In this document: positions 24,004 through 35,900 of the stretch, piece by piece | Layout: every line of letters begins with the position of its first letter | How positions within the stretch are numbered: the first letter of the stretch is position 1 | Source: an uncultured Gemmatimonadota bacterium | Lineage (GTDB): Bacteria; GCA-2686955 | Assembly: GCA_964490075.1 (NCBI GenBank) | Contig: CAZBBK010000031.1 | Location: 1-63,829 of the forward strand | Length of the DNA: 63,829 bases | Reading direction: 5' to 3' | Position numbers and translations under genes: made by a program | The notes under the pieces: model-generated | Told to the model about the DNA's origin: nothing | Seen by the model: the letters and a program-made list of their open reading frames with translations, nothing else | Databases searched by the model: none

Positions 24004-24007
<4 letters not shown>

Positions 24008-25122
24008 CCTCCTCGACCTCTCGGCTGCGCTTCCGACACCCCCTCATGCCCATGATCGGCTTGAATTACAGGCACTTGAGGCGCGTGCGGCAGCTCGATC
24101 ACGAGCTGGGTGCCGCTGCGCGGCCCGGAATCCAGCTCCAGGCGGCCCTCGTGTTGTTCGACCACCCGCCGCGCCACCGCGAGCCCCAGCCCGGCGTGCC
24201 CGGCGCGGGTGGAGAAGAAGGGACGGAACACCTTCTGGCGGATCTCGTCGGCGATGCCGGGGCCGCTGTCGGCGATCCGGATTCGCGCCGCATCGTCGGT
24301 AGACGAGATGTGAATCGCGATCTCCCCCCCTCCTTCGAGCGCCTCGCAGGCGTTGCGCAGCAGATTGACCAATGCGCGGCGGATCGCGTCGGGCGCCGCC
24401 CAGATCGGCCGCGAGCCTTCGGTCTCGAAGCGAATCGAAGGCATCGGCCTGGCGTCGCCGGCCACCACCTCGATCGCCTGTTTGCAGAGCTCCTCGCAGC
24501 GCAGCCGAAGGCGGCGCGTCGGCGTCCCCGAGGCGAACTCCTGGAACGCCTGCAGCACCACTGCGATGCGCTCCGACTCGGCGAATACCCGCTCCATGAC
24601 GGCGCGCGTCTCGCGGTCGACGGCCACGCTCTCGCCGATCAGCTCCACGTAGGCGGTGATGATCGCCAGCGGGTTGCGGATCTCGTGGGCGATGGCGCCG
24701 GCGGCCTCGGCGATCAGCGCGAAGGTCTCCGAATCGTCGAGACGCGACTGCAGCTCCTTGATCGCCGTGATGTCCTTGCAGAGCACGCTCGCTCCGCCCT
24801 CCCCCTCTCCCCTGGGGTGCACCGAGTAGCCGATGATGCGTCGCTCCGCCTCGGCGCAGGGGACCACCACCTCGCCACGATCGACCGCGACACCGGCGAG
24901 AACGGCGCCGCGCACCTCGCTGCCGAAGGCCTGGGTGGCGCCTTCGAGCAGGGCGTCGAGCGACTCGCCCCCCAGCGCGCGCCCGAGGATCTGCTCGGCC
25001 GCGGGGTTGATGTACTCGACGCGCAGATCGGCCGCCACCACCAGGAGCCCCGCTCCCAGGGTGTCGAGCACCGAGACCATGGTCTGGGGCGCGAGGGCGG
25101 ATGTGGCGAGGGGAATGGACAA
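24004..25122 (-). CDS. Cytoplasmic PAS-domain sensor histidine kinase (PilS/NtrB-like)
   Basis: PAS (INPAAEQILG), AHEIRNPL, NLLRNA, DSGPGI, FFST, GLGL. No TM helices. Start TTG 25122 or ATG 25080. Confidence 0.92.
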
Positions 25123-25138
25123 GGGGGGCCCAACCGGA

Positions 25139-25609
25139 TCAGGGGGGAATGAGGACCTCTACCCCCATAGAGATCGGTTCGATTCCGTCTGGCTGAAGCG
25201 CCCCCCGCGCCGGTCCGGCAAGCGCCACGTGGGGCGCGATGCGCGCCAGCCGCTTGGGTCCGATCCCCGGCACCTCGAGCAGCTCCTCGACGCGGCCGAG
25301 CCCCCCGCGGGCGCGGCGCAGCGCGACGATGCGCTCGGCGATCGTCGGCCCGACCCCGGGCAGGATCTGCAGCTCCTCCTCACTCGCCGAGTTGAGCGCG
25401 ATCGGTCGGGTCAGCGCCGCGAGGCGCTCGGCCTTGGTCGGGGGCGGCGCCGAGAGCACGGCCGGTGGCGCGTGGGCGGCGGTATCGATCGCCGGCGGGG
25501 GTGGCACCAAACGCCCGACGCCGGCCACCAGCGCCAGCACCCACACCAGGCGCCGCTCCGCCGGCGAGAGCGTCCCGAGCTCGCGCAGGCGGCGGCCGAG
25601 GCGCGGCAT
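25139..25609 (-). CDS. comEA: ComEA-family helix-hairpin-helix DNA-binding protein
   Basis: N-terminal TM anchor, IALNSASEEELQILPGVGP, ELLEVPGIGPK. Confidence 0.92.
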   Translation of the reverse strand: MPRLGRRLRELGTLSPAERRLVWVLALVAGVGRLVPPPPAIDTAAHAPPAVLSAPPPTKAERLAALTRPIALNSASEEELQILPGVGPTIAERIVALRRARGGLGRVEELLEVPGIGPKRLARIAPHVALAGPARGALQPDGIEPISMGVEVLIPP

Positions 25610-25615
25610 CGGGGC

Positions 25616-26491
25616 TCAGTCCGGCAGCTCGGGCGCGAAGACCGCGGCCAGCAGCACCCGCCCGACGGATGCCAGCGAAGCCGCGGCGACCTTATCGGGG
25701 GTGTCGGCCGTGGTGTGCCAGTGGGGGTAGTCGAAATCGATGATGTCGACCGTCGGAATGCCGCGCTCCAGGAAGGGCAGATGGTCGTCGGTGACGGCCG
25801 GACCGGGGCGGGCCACGAAAGCCTCCTCCCCCAGCTCGGCGGCGAGATCCCAGAGCCACCGGGTCTGACGCCCGGCGTAGCGCAGCGAATACTGCTCCCA
25901 GGGCAGCTCGAGATCGGCGTCGCCGACCATGTCGACCAGGATTCCCAGGCGCGGCCGATAGCCGCCGAGCGCCGTGGCCAGAGCGCGGCTGCCCAGGCAC
26001 CAGGAGCTCGGCTCGCCATGGGTCCCCCCGTCCTCGCCGTCGACCAGGAAGATGTCGACCCCGCGCGGCGGCGCCCGGTCGGCGAGCAGGCGGGCGATCT
26101 CGATCAGCACCGCGACCCCCGAGGCGCCGTCGTTGGCTCCGGGCACCGGCTCGGCGCGCCGCTGGGGCAGCGGATCCTCGTCGGCCATCGGTCGCGTGTC
26201 CCAGTGGGCCATCAGGAAAATCCGCTCGCTGGCGTCGGGGCGGAACGAGGCGACGAAGTTGGTCAGCTCCAGCTCCTCCACCCGCGCGCTGTGGACGCGC
26301 AGATCGTCGGCGTAGCCGCGCAAGGTCCGTTCCAGATCGGCCGCGCAGGCGGCGTGCCCGGCGCTGCCGGGAATGCGCGGGCCGTGCTCCACCTGGCGCT
26401 CGACCCAGGCACGCGCGCGCGCCCCATCGAAGTGCGGAGCGGGCGTGTTCGCGCACCCGACGACCAGCAAGAGCGGCAGAATTTGAGCCAC
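25616..26491 (-). CDS. M28 peptidase / glutaminyl-cyclase-like lipoprotein
   Basis: Lipobox VVGC, AHWDTRP, GANDGASG, DGED, DMVG, DDHLPF, WHT..D. GTG 26491. Confidence 0.9.
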   Translation of the reverse strand: MAQILPLLLVVGCANTPAPHFDGARARAWVERQVEHGPRIPGSAGHAACAADLERTLRGYADDLRVHSARVEELELTNFVASFRPDASERIFLMAHWDTRPMADEDPLPQRRAEPVPGANDGASGVAVLIEIARLLADRAPPRGVDIFLVDGEDGGTHGEPSSWCLGSRALATALGGYRPRLGILVDMVGDADLELPWEQYSLRYAGRQTRWLWDLAAELGEEAFVARPGPAVTDDHLPFLERGIPTVDIIDFDYPHWHTTADTPDKVAAASLASVGRVLLAAVFAPELPD

Positions 26492-26547
26492 CGGGGGTCG
26501 ATGCTCGACCCAAAGACGTATGCGCAAGGCAGATCTCCTGACTTCCG

Positions 26548-29500
26548 TCAGAATCGGAAAGTCGTCCAGATGGTCACCCTGATGTCCTGGATGGTGCGGT
26601 CGTCGCGCCGGTTCTCGTTGCTCGACCAGCGCAGCTGCAGCCCACCGTCGACCGAGCGGCTGAACTCGTAGTCGAGGGTCGGCTCGACCGCCCGAGTGCG
26701 GGTATGCAGGTCCGGTACCACGTTCTTGAAGCGGTTGGCGAAATCGTCGCGTACCACCTCGGTCTGCGCGTCGGTTCCGGGGGTCACGCCCGGCACCACC
26801 GAGCGGGTCTGGGTCTCGTCCTGCGACACTTCCAGCCCGGCACGCACGTTCCCCTTCAGCTTCACGTGGCCGACGAGCGGAAAGTCGACGCCGGTCTTGG
26901 TATCGAGCGTGTAGCGCAGCGAAAGCTGGGCGCCCGCGCTTTCGCTGAGCTGGGTTCGCGTGACCTCGCGGGTGAAGGTCTCCGACATCGAGTACGAGGC
27001 GGTGCTGGTGAGCTTCTTCCTCCAGGTCGATTGCCAGCGAAAGAGCGGCTTCCACTGCTTGGTGCGGGCGTCGCGGTCGAGGTCCGCGAGAAAGGGCGCA
27101 TCTTCCTGGCCGGGCAGAGGGGCGCTGGTTCTGGCGCTGGTTCCGCTCCGCGTCGTGGAGATCTGGTAACCGGCGGCGAGCGATGAAGAGGAGACGTACT
27201 GTCCCAGCAGCCGCGAATCCTCGAGCCCGGTGATACTGACGCTGAGATCGGGAAAGGTCAGAGTCGTGCTCAATTTGTCGCTGACCGAGGGATTGTCGTA
27301 GGCCGAGAGGCGGGCGGTCCAGCTGGCGCTGGTCTTGAGCGCGATGTTGCCGGGCAGCTTCGTTCCCCCCGATCCCCGCAGCGTCCAGTCATCGACGAAA
27401 GTGCCCTGGGGAGTGGCGGCGAAGAAGGCGCTCGAGTCGAGGGCCGCGAAGCCGAGCTGGTAGCTCAAGTCGGCGCGGGCGATGGCATTGGGATCGTTGC
27501 GGTCGCGATTGCGCACCGCCGAGAGGGTGATCGGGTCGAGTGAGGAGAGCCAGGAAGACGCGCGCGTTCCGAGTCGCTCCGTCCAGCCCGGACCCGCCTC
27601 TTCCGGCGCCGGCGAGTCGGCGCTCCCTTCCTCCTCGTCCGCCGTGCTCTCTTTGGACCGGCCGGCGGAGGAGCTCCGGCGACGGTTGCGAGCCGAGCTG
27701 GAGCGGCCGCCCGCGCCGAAGAGCTGGTTCGGACGCAGCGTCAGACTCAGATCGAGACGCCCGTCGGTGCGCAGGTTGTGCAGCACCTCGCCCTGCGCGG
27801 CGTCGGTCTGGATCTCGGCCCGCTTGTCCTCGTCGTAAGAGACCGAGTACGACACTTTCGGCGCCAGGCCGCGGCGGCTCTTGGGCGCCCAGGAGAGGCC
27901 GGAACGCATGTTGAAGCGATCTTCGATTCCGAGCGGCGAGGCCGAGCGCTTCAGGTCGCGATTGCTGGTGATGGCATGGTTCAGACTGAGCGCGCCCAGC
28001 GGCGACCAGGTGGTGGCGTAGCTGCCCTCGAAATCCTCGTCGCGTACCGGGACGTTGGAGGAAAGGACCAATTCACCCGCTTGGCGCGTGAAGTGGTCCT
28101 GGTTGCGCAGCGTGTAGCCGGTAGCGAAAGAGAGACTCGAGGGCAGGGGCGAAACGGAGATCGGCCCCAGCAGGCTCCATTCGCGCCGCTTGCGTGCGCT
28201 CCAATCCCAGTCCAGATCGCCGCTCACGTCGGTCCGCTCGTCGAGCTCGGTGAACGAGGTGGTGTATTGGCGGCGCCACGAGGCGCGGCCGCTGAGATTG
28301 TCCAGCGTGAGATTCAAGAGCCAGTTGGGGCGTCGCCGGCGCTTCGAGAAACGGACCGAGGCGTCGGCGGTAGTGGAACGCTTGGCCTGCTCCCGGGCGC
28401 GCTCGCCGTCGAGCAGCACGTCGGAGCCGACCGCCAGCCGCGGCAGCCGCTCGCTGCGCGCCAGGCTCCCTTTGAGCGGGATGCTGAAGCCCCAGCTCGG
28501 CGGCAGCAGGCGGTCCAGGGCGATGTCACCGAGCAGATTCTGCTCGGTGACGTCGGCGCCCTGGCCGCGGTTGGTTCCCAGCCCGTGGAACTCCGAATCG
28601 CGAAACTGCCAGGTCGCCGACAGATTGGCCAGGTCCGAGAGCGCCACATTCGCCGACACCCGCGCCGCCGCCCCGGCGTCGCGGCGCACGTCGATCAGGC
28701 GCAGATCGTCGATCCAGACCTCGTCGGAGACGATGATCTCGCCCGATCCGGGCACGATGATCCCGCCCTCGAGCTCGCGGCTGCGGATGTTGCGCACCCC
28801 CAGCTCCAGACGCTTGACTCGCGTCAGCGAGGGTCTCCCGACGATGCTCACCCCCAGCGAATCGGATACGAAGGGCGGCTCCAGGCCGGCGTTCTGCGAA
28901 TCCTCCTTGAAGAGCGTCAGCTCCTGGAAGTCGAGACGATGCCGGGCCCAGTCGTGGGCGTCGAGTCCCGGAGATCCCGGGCGCTGCACGTCGATGCGCC
29001 ACTCGTAGTAGTTCAGAGAGTCGGCGCCGAAGCGCACGAAGAGCTCGGGCTCCGATTCGTTGCCGTGGACGAAGATCTCCATCTGGCCGTAGAGGGTGTA
29101 GTCGGCGGAGTCGAAGAGCGGCTGCACCACCATTGCTTCGTGTCCCGGGCGCAGCTGGTCGATCGCCAGCACCAGCGATTGCTCGCTGCGGATCCGCCCG
29201 TCCGGATCGCGCTCCACCCGCACCCCCTCGGGCGGCGCGTAGCCGCGGTTCTCGTCTTCGCGGGTGTTGACGCTGGCCGCGCTGAGCTTCTCGTCGGCGA
29301 ACACCGGCGAGCCGTCCAGCGAGCGCACCTGGCGCTCCAACCAGGTGCTGCCGACCACGTCGAGCGAAGCGATCGAGATCTCCGAGAACGACTCGACGCC
29401 CGCGTACCAGAGACGCAGGTGCTTGACCTCGCGCAGCGTCGGCGGGCGGCTGTTCTCGCCGATCACCACCTCGCCCTCCTCGATCGGGATGCGATACTGT

Positions 29501-32500
29501 CGCCACAGGCGGCTGCTGCCCGAGGGGCGGCGATCGTCTCCGACGATGCGCGGATCGTTGGCATCGCTCAGGTCGATGGTGTAGCGGAAGAGCGACTCCT
29601 CCAGATCCAGGGCGCCGTCCTCGTCCATGTCTTCGGTGTCGAGAGTGTTGTTGTCCTCGCTGCCGTTCAGGCTGCGATAGACCCCCTGGCGATAGTCGTA
29701 GTCGTCGTTGCCGTCGTCGCAGCGCGGCCCGCACTCGGTGTCGCCGCAGGCGGAGTTGACCCGGTCGGTGTCGCCGATGCCGTCCAGGCCGATGTCTTCG
29801 GATCGTTGCAGCACCCCGTCGAAGTTGGCGTCCTCGGTGTCGAAGCACTCCAGGCCGACCAGCTCGCCGCGCCGGTTGCGGCGATTCTGATCTTCGCTCA
29901 CCGTCCCCAGGTCGATGTGCAGCACCCCGGCCTCGGCGTCGCCCTGCCCGCCCTCGATCGCGATCCAGGTCTCGATGAAGCGGCGGTTCGCGAAGTCGAC
30001 TCCGACCGCCGACAGCGGCCGCTGAATCGTCATGTACGCGGCCTCGCGGGCCGGCGCGTCGACGCCGCCCGGGATCAGCTGCAGGCGCATCACCGTCATG
30101 CGATCGTTGCGCTCCTCCGGCGGGAGCTGATCGAAGATCTCTTCGCGGCGCGGCAGATCCTGCGGGTCGGGGTTGAACCAGATGGCGCTGCCGAAGTCGA
30201 GCGAGTCGGGCAGATCGCCCGGCCCCGAGGCGACCACCTGGTCGTCGGTCTTGTCGGAGAGCGCCGGAGTCGAGCCGTGCGACCAGCTGCGGCGCGCTCC
30301 CAGCATGCTGAACGATGTCTCCACCGACTCCATGTCGTCGAGATAGCCCTCGCCGCGCACGTTGGGATTGGGCAGCGAGCCGGCGACCTCGGCCTCGATG
30401 CGCAGCTTGCTCTTGCGGGTCGCCTCGATCAGGGGCAGCGCATCGACCGCCGCCGTGAGCAGCTGCGGCTCGAGCTCGAGCTGGGCGTCGATATCGCCGA
30501 CGTGAATGCGGCCGACCTCGCGTCCGACGCGCGGCTTCTGGTCGATGGAGCGCTGCGATTCGTAGAGCCAGGTCGCACCGACGGTTCCTTTGCCGTCCAA
30601 CAGCTCGTAGGTCGAGCGCACCCCCAGCAAGGTCTTCTGCGCCAGGTCGAAGAAGGGAGCGTACTCGTACTGGATCTTGACGCTCGAGGTCGGACTCGGC
30701 GGGTCGACGAAGGTGATCTGGCCGACCTCGTAGACGATGAAGTAGTCCTTGTCGCGGGTCAGAGTGCGGCCGTCGACCCGCACCACCTCGGAATTCGGCA
30801 GAATGTTGATGTGTCCGAGGCTGAAGCTGGAGCGGATCTGCTTGAAGGCCGCGCGGATGCGGTAGACCGCGTTCTCGTTGACGCGCAACAACGTCGGCTG
30901 AGTGTCGTAGATCACTCCGTTCTGAACGTCGAGGTTTTCGGACAGGAAGGGGAAGGGCAGGGAATGCGCGTCGATCTCGCCCTCGGGGATCACCGGCTGG
31001 TCGGGAATGGTGAGGATTCCGGTGTCGAGCGCGAACTGGTTCTCGGGAACCGAGATGTCGGTATTGAGGCGGCCGTCCTGATCCGAGTCGAGGCCGAGCA
31101 CCTCCATGTACGGCGTGCCGCCGGCATCGACATCGCTTGCGTCGAGCCCGCCAGCCTCGTTGATAATCCGCTCGACCACCAGGCTGAAGCCCTCGGCGGG
31201 GATGTTGCGAGCGCCGAGTTCGTAGCGGTTTCTCAGCATGTAGGGCCAGGTGCGGTCCTCCGGCCGGGGGTTCGATTCCTTGATCAGCTTCAGCTCCAGG
31301 TCGGCCAGATCGGAGGAGCCGACCGCTTCGCTGACGAGACCTTCGCGGCGCGTATAGGCGACCGCCAGGCGATGCGAGTCGTCGAGATGGAAGGAGGGCA
31401 GGATCTCCAGCGTGCCGGTCTGCGAGTTGTAGATATAGTCCTGCTGCTCGATCAGGCGCACGAAAGTGCCGCTGGTGTCCTGCGGCGCGATGTCTCGAGC
31501 TTCGCCCATGTCGTCGCCCGAGATGAAGACCCGGGCCGCCACCGCGCCGGTGCGCTGGTCGTTGTAGCGGTTGTTGTCGTCGAAGAAGACGAAGAGCTCG
31601 ATCAGCTCGGCGGCGCTTCTGAGACCGCTCACGGGTGAGGGGGCTCCGGCCACCCGCAGGGTCGGATCGAGCTCCAGGGCGAAAAATGTGTTGCGAACGT
31701 ACTCGATGTCGTGGATCAGCAGGGTGTCGAGGCTGGCCTGGCCCAGAAAGCGCCCCTCCTCGGCATTGCCCTTCTGTTTGGAGGCGATCATCGTCACTTC
31801 CAGATCGCCGATGCGGCTCTCGGCCTTGAGCCCGAACAAGCCCTTGCTCTGGGTGTTGACCCCGACGAAACGGGTCGAGGGCAGCGAGAGCTGGGTGTCG
31901 CCGGCTTCGATGCGCTGCACGATCTCGTCCTCGTCGCCGTCGTATGAGAGCTTGATCTTGTTCTGGGATTCGGCCCCGGCGGTGGAGTTGTGGTTGACGT
32001 CGATGTGCACCTTGGTGCCGACGGTGCCCTTCAGGCTCAGCACCAGCTCCTGCTCCATCCCCAGGTCGGGCCAGCGCGAGTTGCGGTCGTAGTCGGTGCT
32101 CTCCAGGTTCTGCTCCCACGACGACTCGCCGCTGAAGGAGATCTTCTGGTGGCCGGAGACGCGGATGTTGCCGCCCTGGCCGATGACGCTGCCGAGGATC
32201 CCCGGCAGCTTCACCGGCAGCTCGATATCGGGAACCAGGCCCTCCTGGGTGGCCCGCGCGCCGGCGGCGCGCTCGCCGTGAGCCCTGCGGAACGCCTCAT
32301 CGAGCGAGCGCCGGGCCCCGTCAAGGGCGAGCTCGGCCAGGAAGTCGTCGAGCGGACGGAAGGCCGGCGCCCCGATGGCGATGGTGTCGAGCAAGGTGGG
32401 GCGCACGACCAGCACGCGGGTCGCGAAGTCGATCCGCCACTGGAGGTCGCCGTGCACCCGGGCGCGCGTCACGAGCGAGCGCGAGGGATGCAGGTGCTCG

Positions 32501-32706
32501 AAGCCGCCCGCCGGATCGGGGGCGATCTCGGCGCCGATGGTGAGGAGGCGTTCGAGATCCAGGTCGGCCCGGGCCGCCGGGGCGGCGAGCAGGAGCGCGT
32601 GGAGGGCGAGCAGGAGCCACGCGCGCACGCCGCGTCGCCACGCCGGGAGGTCCGCGGCGCGAGTCGGTGGGACGGGGCGAGTCTGGAGGTGCAGAGGAGG
32701 GTCCAC
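26548..32706 (-). CDS. sprA: SprA/Sov-like type IX secretion outer-membrane translocon
   Basis: 2052 aa with signal peptide. N.IKL.Y.GDEDEIVQRIEAG..L.LP.T.F, GLFGLK, YLDDME, LHIDLG.VSED, EVWIDDLRL, long beta-strand C-region, terminal Phe. Confidence 0.88.
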   Translation of the reverse strand: MDPPLHLQTRPVPPTRAADLPAWRRGVRAWLLLALHALLLAAPAARADLDLERLLTIGAEIAPDPAGGFEHLHPSRSLVTRARVHGDLQWRIDFATRVLVVRPTLLDTIAIGAPAFRPLDDFLAELALDGARRSLDEAFRRAHGERAAGARATQEGLVPDIELPVKLPGILGSVIGQGGNIRVSGHQKISFSGESSWEQNLESTDYDRNSRWPDLGMEQELVLSLKGTVGTKVHIDVNHNSTAGAESQNKIKLSYDGDEDEIVQRIEAGDTQLSLPSTRFVGVNTQSKGLFGLKAESRIGDLEVTMIASKQKGNAEEGRFLGQASLDTLLIHDIEYVRNTFFALELDPTLRVAGAPSPVSGLRSAAELIELFVFFDDNNRYNDQRTGAVAARVFISGDDMGEARDIAPQDTSGTFVRLIEQQDYIYNSQTGTLEILPSFHLDDSHRLAVAYTRREGLVSEAVGSSDLADLELKLIKESNPRPEDRTWPYMLRNRYELGARNIPAEGFSLVVERIINEAGGLDASDVDAGGTPYMEVLGLDSDQDGRLNTDISVPENQFALDTGILTIPDQPVIPEGEIDAHSLPFPFLSENLDVQNGVIYDTQPTLLRVNENAVYRIRAAFKQIRSSFSLGHINILPNSEVVRVDGRTLTRDKDYFIVYEVGQITFVDPPSPTSSVKIQYEYAPFFDLAQKTLLGVRSTYELLDGKGTVGATWLYESQRSIDQKPRVGREVGRIHVGDIDAQLELEPQLLTAAVDALPLIEATRKSKLRIEAEVAGSLPNPNVRGEGYLDDMESVETSFSMLGARRSWSHGSTPALSDKTDDQVVASGPGDLPDSLDFGSAIWFNPDPQDLPRREEIFDQLPPEERNDRMTVMRLQLIPGGVDAPAREAAYMTIQRPLSAVGVDFANRRFIETWIAIEGGQGDAEAGVLHIDLGTVSEDQNRRNRRGELVGLECFDTEDANFDGVLQRSEDIGLDGIGDTDRVNSACGDTECGPRCDDGNDDYDYRQGVYRSLNGSEDNNTLDTEDMDEDGALDLEESLFRYTIDLSDANDPRIVGDDRRPSGSSRLWRQYRIPIEEGEVVIGENSRPPTLREVKHLRLWYAGVESFSEISIASLDVVGSTWLERQVRSLDGSPVFADEKLSAASVNTREDENRGYAPPEGVRVERDPDGRIRSEQSLVLAIDQLRPGHEAMVVQPLFDSADYTLYGQMEIFVHGNESEPELFVRFGADSLNYYEWRIDVQRPGSPGLDAHDWARHRLDFQELTLFKEDSQNAGLEPPFVSDSLGVSIVGRPSLTRVKRLELGVRNIRSRELEGGIIVPGSGEIIVSDEVWIDDLRLIDVRRDAGAAARVSANVALSDLANLSATWQFRDSEFHGLGTNRGQGADVTEQNLLGDIALDRLLPPSWGFSIPLKGSLARSERLPRLAVGSDVLLDGERAREQAKRSTTADASVRFSKRRRRPNWLLNLTLDNLSGRASWRRQYTTSFTELDERTDVSGDLDWDWSARKRREWSLLGPISVSPLPSSLSFATGYTLRNQDHFTRQAGELVLSSNVPVRDEDFEGSYATTWSPLGALSLNHAITSNRDLKRSASPLGIEDRFNMRSGLSWAPKSRRGLAPKVSYSVSYDEDKRAEIQTDAAQGEVLHNLRTDGRLDLSLTLRPNQLFGAGGRSSSARNRRRSSSAGRSKESTADEEEGSADSPAPEEAGPGWTERLGTRASSWLSSLDPITLSAVRNRDRNDPNAIARADLSYQLGFAALDSSAFFAATPQGTFVDDWTLRGSGGTKLPGNIALKTSASWTARLSAYDNPSVSDKLSTTLTFPDLSVSITGLEDSRLLGQYVSSSSLAAGYQISTTRSGTSARTSAPLPGQEDAPFLADLDRDARTKQWKPLFRWQSTWRKKLTSTASYSMSETFTREVTRTQLSESAGAQLSLRYTLDTKTGVDFPLVGHVKLKGNVRAGLEVSQDETQTRSVVPGVTPGTDAQTEVVRDDFANRFKNVVPDLHTRTRAVEPTLDYEFSRSVDGGLQLRWSSNENRRDDRTIQDIRVTIWTTFRF

Positions 32707-32996
32707 TGTGAGACGGGGCCGATTAGATTAGCAACGCGTCAGAGGGACTCCTCTCCCATCTCCGGAAGGCGGCGCTGGACCGGGTCGCCGCCGAAGCTGC
32801 GGATGATCCGTGGATGTCCCCCGGAAGTCAAGACGGGGCAAGCGCTTTTCCCCGGTCGCGCTCAAGATCGCCGGCGCCTCGATCCGACGATAAGGAAGGG
32901 GCGATCGGCCGCCTCCGCGCCCGAGAAGTGCGCCCGCGCGCGCCGCCCCCACTCCAATCGCTTGTCCCTCAACACCCTGAACGGGCCGATCCGGCG

Positions 32997-35900
32997 ATGC
33001 CCATCGAACAGGAATCGACGCCCAATCCGACCACCACCCGCCCGGCGGAGCTGGTGGCCGGACGTTACCTGGTGCGCGAGGAGCTCGGCTCCGGCGCCGA
33101 GGGGGTGGTGTGGCGGGTCGAGGATCGCTTCGCCGGCTCCGACGCGGCGCTGAAGCGGGCCCACGAGGGCGAGGAGGATCGGGCCGCGGCCCTGAAGCTG
33201 CAGTACCGCCATCTCGCGCGCGTCCGCCATCCCAACGTGGCGAGCGTCGACGACTTCGGCTTCGACGAGCGGCGCCGGCCCTTCTTCACCATGGAGGTCC
33301 TCGACGCCGAGCCCTTGACCGCCGAAGGTCTGAGGGGCGACCTGGGCGCGCTGCTGCGCTGCGCGGCGCAGGTGGCCGAAGCGCTCGACGCGCTGCACGG
33401 CGCACGCCTGGTCCACGGCGATCTCAAGCCCGACAACATCCTGCTGGCGGGCGGCGCGGAACCGCGTGTGGTGCTGGCCGACCTGGGGCTGGCGGCTGCG
33501 CCGGGAGTGCGGCCGCGGGTGTCGGGAACGCCCGACTACATGGCACCCGAAGTGGCTCTCGGGGAGCATTGCGACGGTCGCGCGGATCTCTACAGCCTCG
33601 GCGCCACCCTCTTCGAGTGGATCGCCGGTCACCCCCCCTTCGCCGACCAATCGACCGCCGAGGTGATGCGAAGGCAGGTCGAGGAGCCGGCGCCGCGGCT
33701 CTCGTCGGTGGTGGATGAGGTGCCGGAGGTGCTCGACGAGCTGGTGGCGAGGCTCCTGGAGAAGGACCCCGACGCCCGGGCCCGCAGCGGCCGCCAGGTC
33801 GTCGACGCGCTCGAGGCGGCTGCCCAGAGCCGGGGGATCCAAGCGATCACGCCCGCCGGGCTCCTGACCGGGCTCTTCCGCGGTCGCGACGCCGAGCTGC
33901 GGGCGCTGCGCGGCGCCTGGGTGCGGGCCCGGCGCGCGGGCGCCTTGCGAACCCTCGCACTGACCGGCGCCCCGGGCAGCGGCAAGAGCCGCCTCCTCGA
34001 CGAGCTCGAGTGGCGCGCCCGCCTGACCGGCGCCTGGGTCGGGCGCTCCGCCTGCGACCCCGACGACTGCGATGTCTACGCGGCGCTGGCGCGCGCCGTG
34101 GCGCCGCTCGCGGCCCGCCTGAGCGAATCGCAGCGCGATGCCTGGGCCCGCCAGTTCCCCGGCGCCTGCGTGCTGGGCGTCGGCGCGGCGGCCGGCTGCC
34201 CGGCTCCGGTGCAGGTTCACGAGGCGCTGATCGAGCTCTGCGCGCGGCTCCCCGGCGCGGCGCTGGTGATCATCGACCAGGCCGAGCACGCATCGGTCGA
34301 GCTTCGCGAGGTGCTGGCCACCCTGGCGGCAGCGCCCGGCGAAGGGCGCGGTCTGGTGGTCTATGCCCGCGGGCGGGCGCGGAGCGACCGGCGGCGGCCG
34401 CCGCGCGCGCTGCGCAAGAGCGAGCAAGCCGAGGCGGACGACGCTGCGCAGGCCTGGGAGCGGATCGAGGAGGGGCTGCGGGTGGTGGCCCTCGACGACC
34501 TGTCGGATGCCGCGACTCTGAGCCTGACGCGCGAGATGCTGGGTGCCGGGCGGCTCTCGGAGCGCTTCCAGGAGCTGGTGCGGACCGAGGTCAAAGGGTG
34601 TCCGGGACGCCTGGTCCGCCTGCTCCTCGGGTTGACGGCCCAGGGCAGCTTGACGCGCACCGGCGGGGCGTGGACCGCCGAGCTGAACCACCTGAGCTGG
34701 TCGGCGGAAGGGATCTCGCTCGACGACGGCGAGCAGGAGGCGATCGCGCGCCTGACCGCCGGGCTCGAGGCTTTGCCGCGCGCGCTGCTCTTGAGCTGTG
34801 CCGTGCTGCGACGCGGCGATCTGGAGCTGGTCGCCGAGATGGCCGGCGTGGTCCCCGCTCGGGTCGCGCAGGTGATCGCGATTCACCACAAGTCGGGAGT
34901 GATCGAGCTCGACCGGCAGGGCGCCTTTCAGGTGCGCTCGCGAGGCCTCTGCGAGGCGATCATCGCCCAGAGCTCCGAGGAGGAAGTGCAGTCGGCGCGC
35001 GCGGCGGCGGCGGCGGCGCTGGCCGAGCGCAGCGAAGCCGACCCCCTGCAGGTGGCCCGGCTGGCCCTCGGCGGACGCGACCTGGAGCGGGCCAAGGGCT
35101 GGGTCGCGCTCGCCCTCGACGCTCTGGGGTCGAGCTCCTCGCAGGCCGCCCAGCGGGCACTGATCGAAGGGTTGATCGAGCTCGAGATCGAGCGCCGGGC
35201 CGGCCCGGGCGAGCGGGCCGAGACCCTGTGGCGGGCGATCGACCTGATCGACGGACTGGGCGACCACGCGGCTGTTGAGCAGCTCTGCGAGGATCTGCTG
35301 GGGCTGGCCGACGGACTTCCCGACTCGGTCGATGTCGATCTCCATCGGGCGCACGGCTGGCGCTGGCTGGCCGATTCAAAGCAGGCGCGCGGTCAGGTCG
35401 AGGAGGCCGCGGCGGCGGTGGTTCGCGGGCTCGAGGTGCTCGGCGACCCGCAACCCGACGAGCCGCCGCCGCGCGCGACCGAGCGGGTCCATCTGCTGCA
35501 TCTGCGCGCCATGCTGCTGATCGACGGCAACCGCGTCGAGGAGGCCGCGGCGCTGCTCGAATCGACGCTCGCCGAGCTCGCTCCACGAACCGCCGACCCG
35601 GCCGAGCATGCCGCGCGCATCAAGGGTACGCTCGGTCAGGTCCGCATGCGCCAGGGGCGTTCGGAGCAAGCGGCGCAGATCACCTCCGAGGCGCTGAGCC
35701 ACTACGAGCGCGTCGGCGACCTGGCGCGCGCGGCCTCCATGCACAACCTATACGGTGCGCTCGCCTACCGGCGCAACGCCTGGGAGGCGATGATCTCCAA
35801 CTTTCGCAAGGCGCTCCGCTACAGCGAGCAGCTCGGAGACGTCGGCGGCGCGATGCTGATGCTGTCGAACATGGCCTACGCCGAGGTCGAGGGGGGACGC

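Noticed and set aside
29600..31100. Asp-rich DxDxDG motifs in SprA as a novel insertion
   Set aside because: They fit common Ca-binding loops in large exported proteins; I have no evidence they are unusual.
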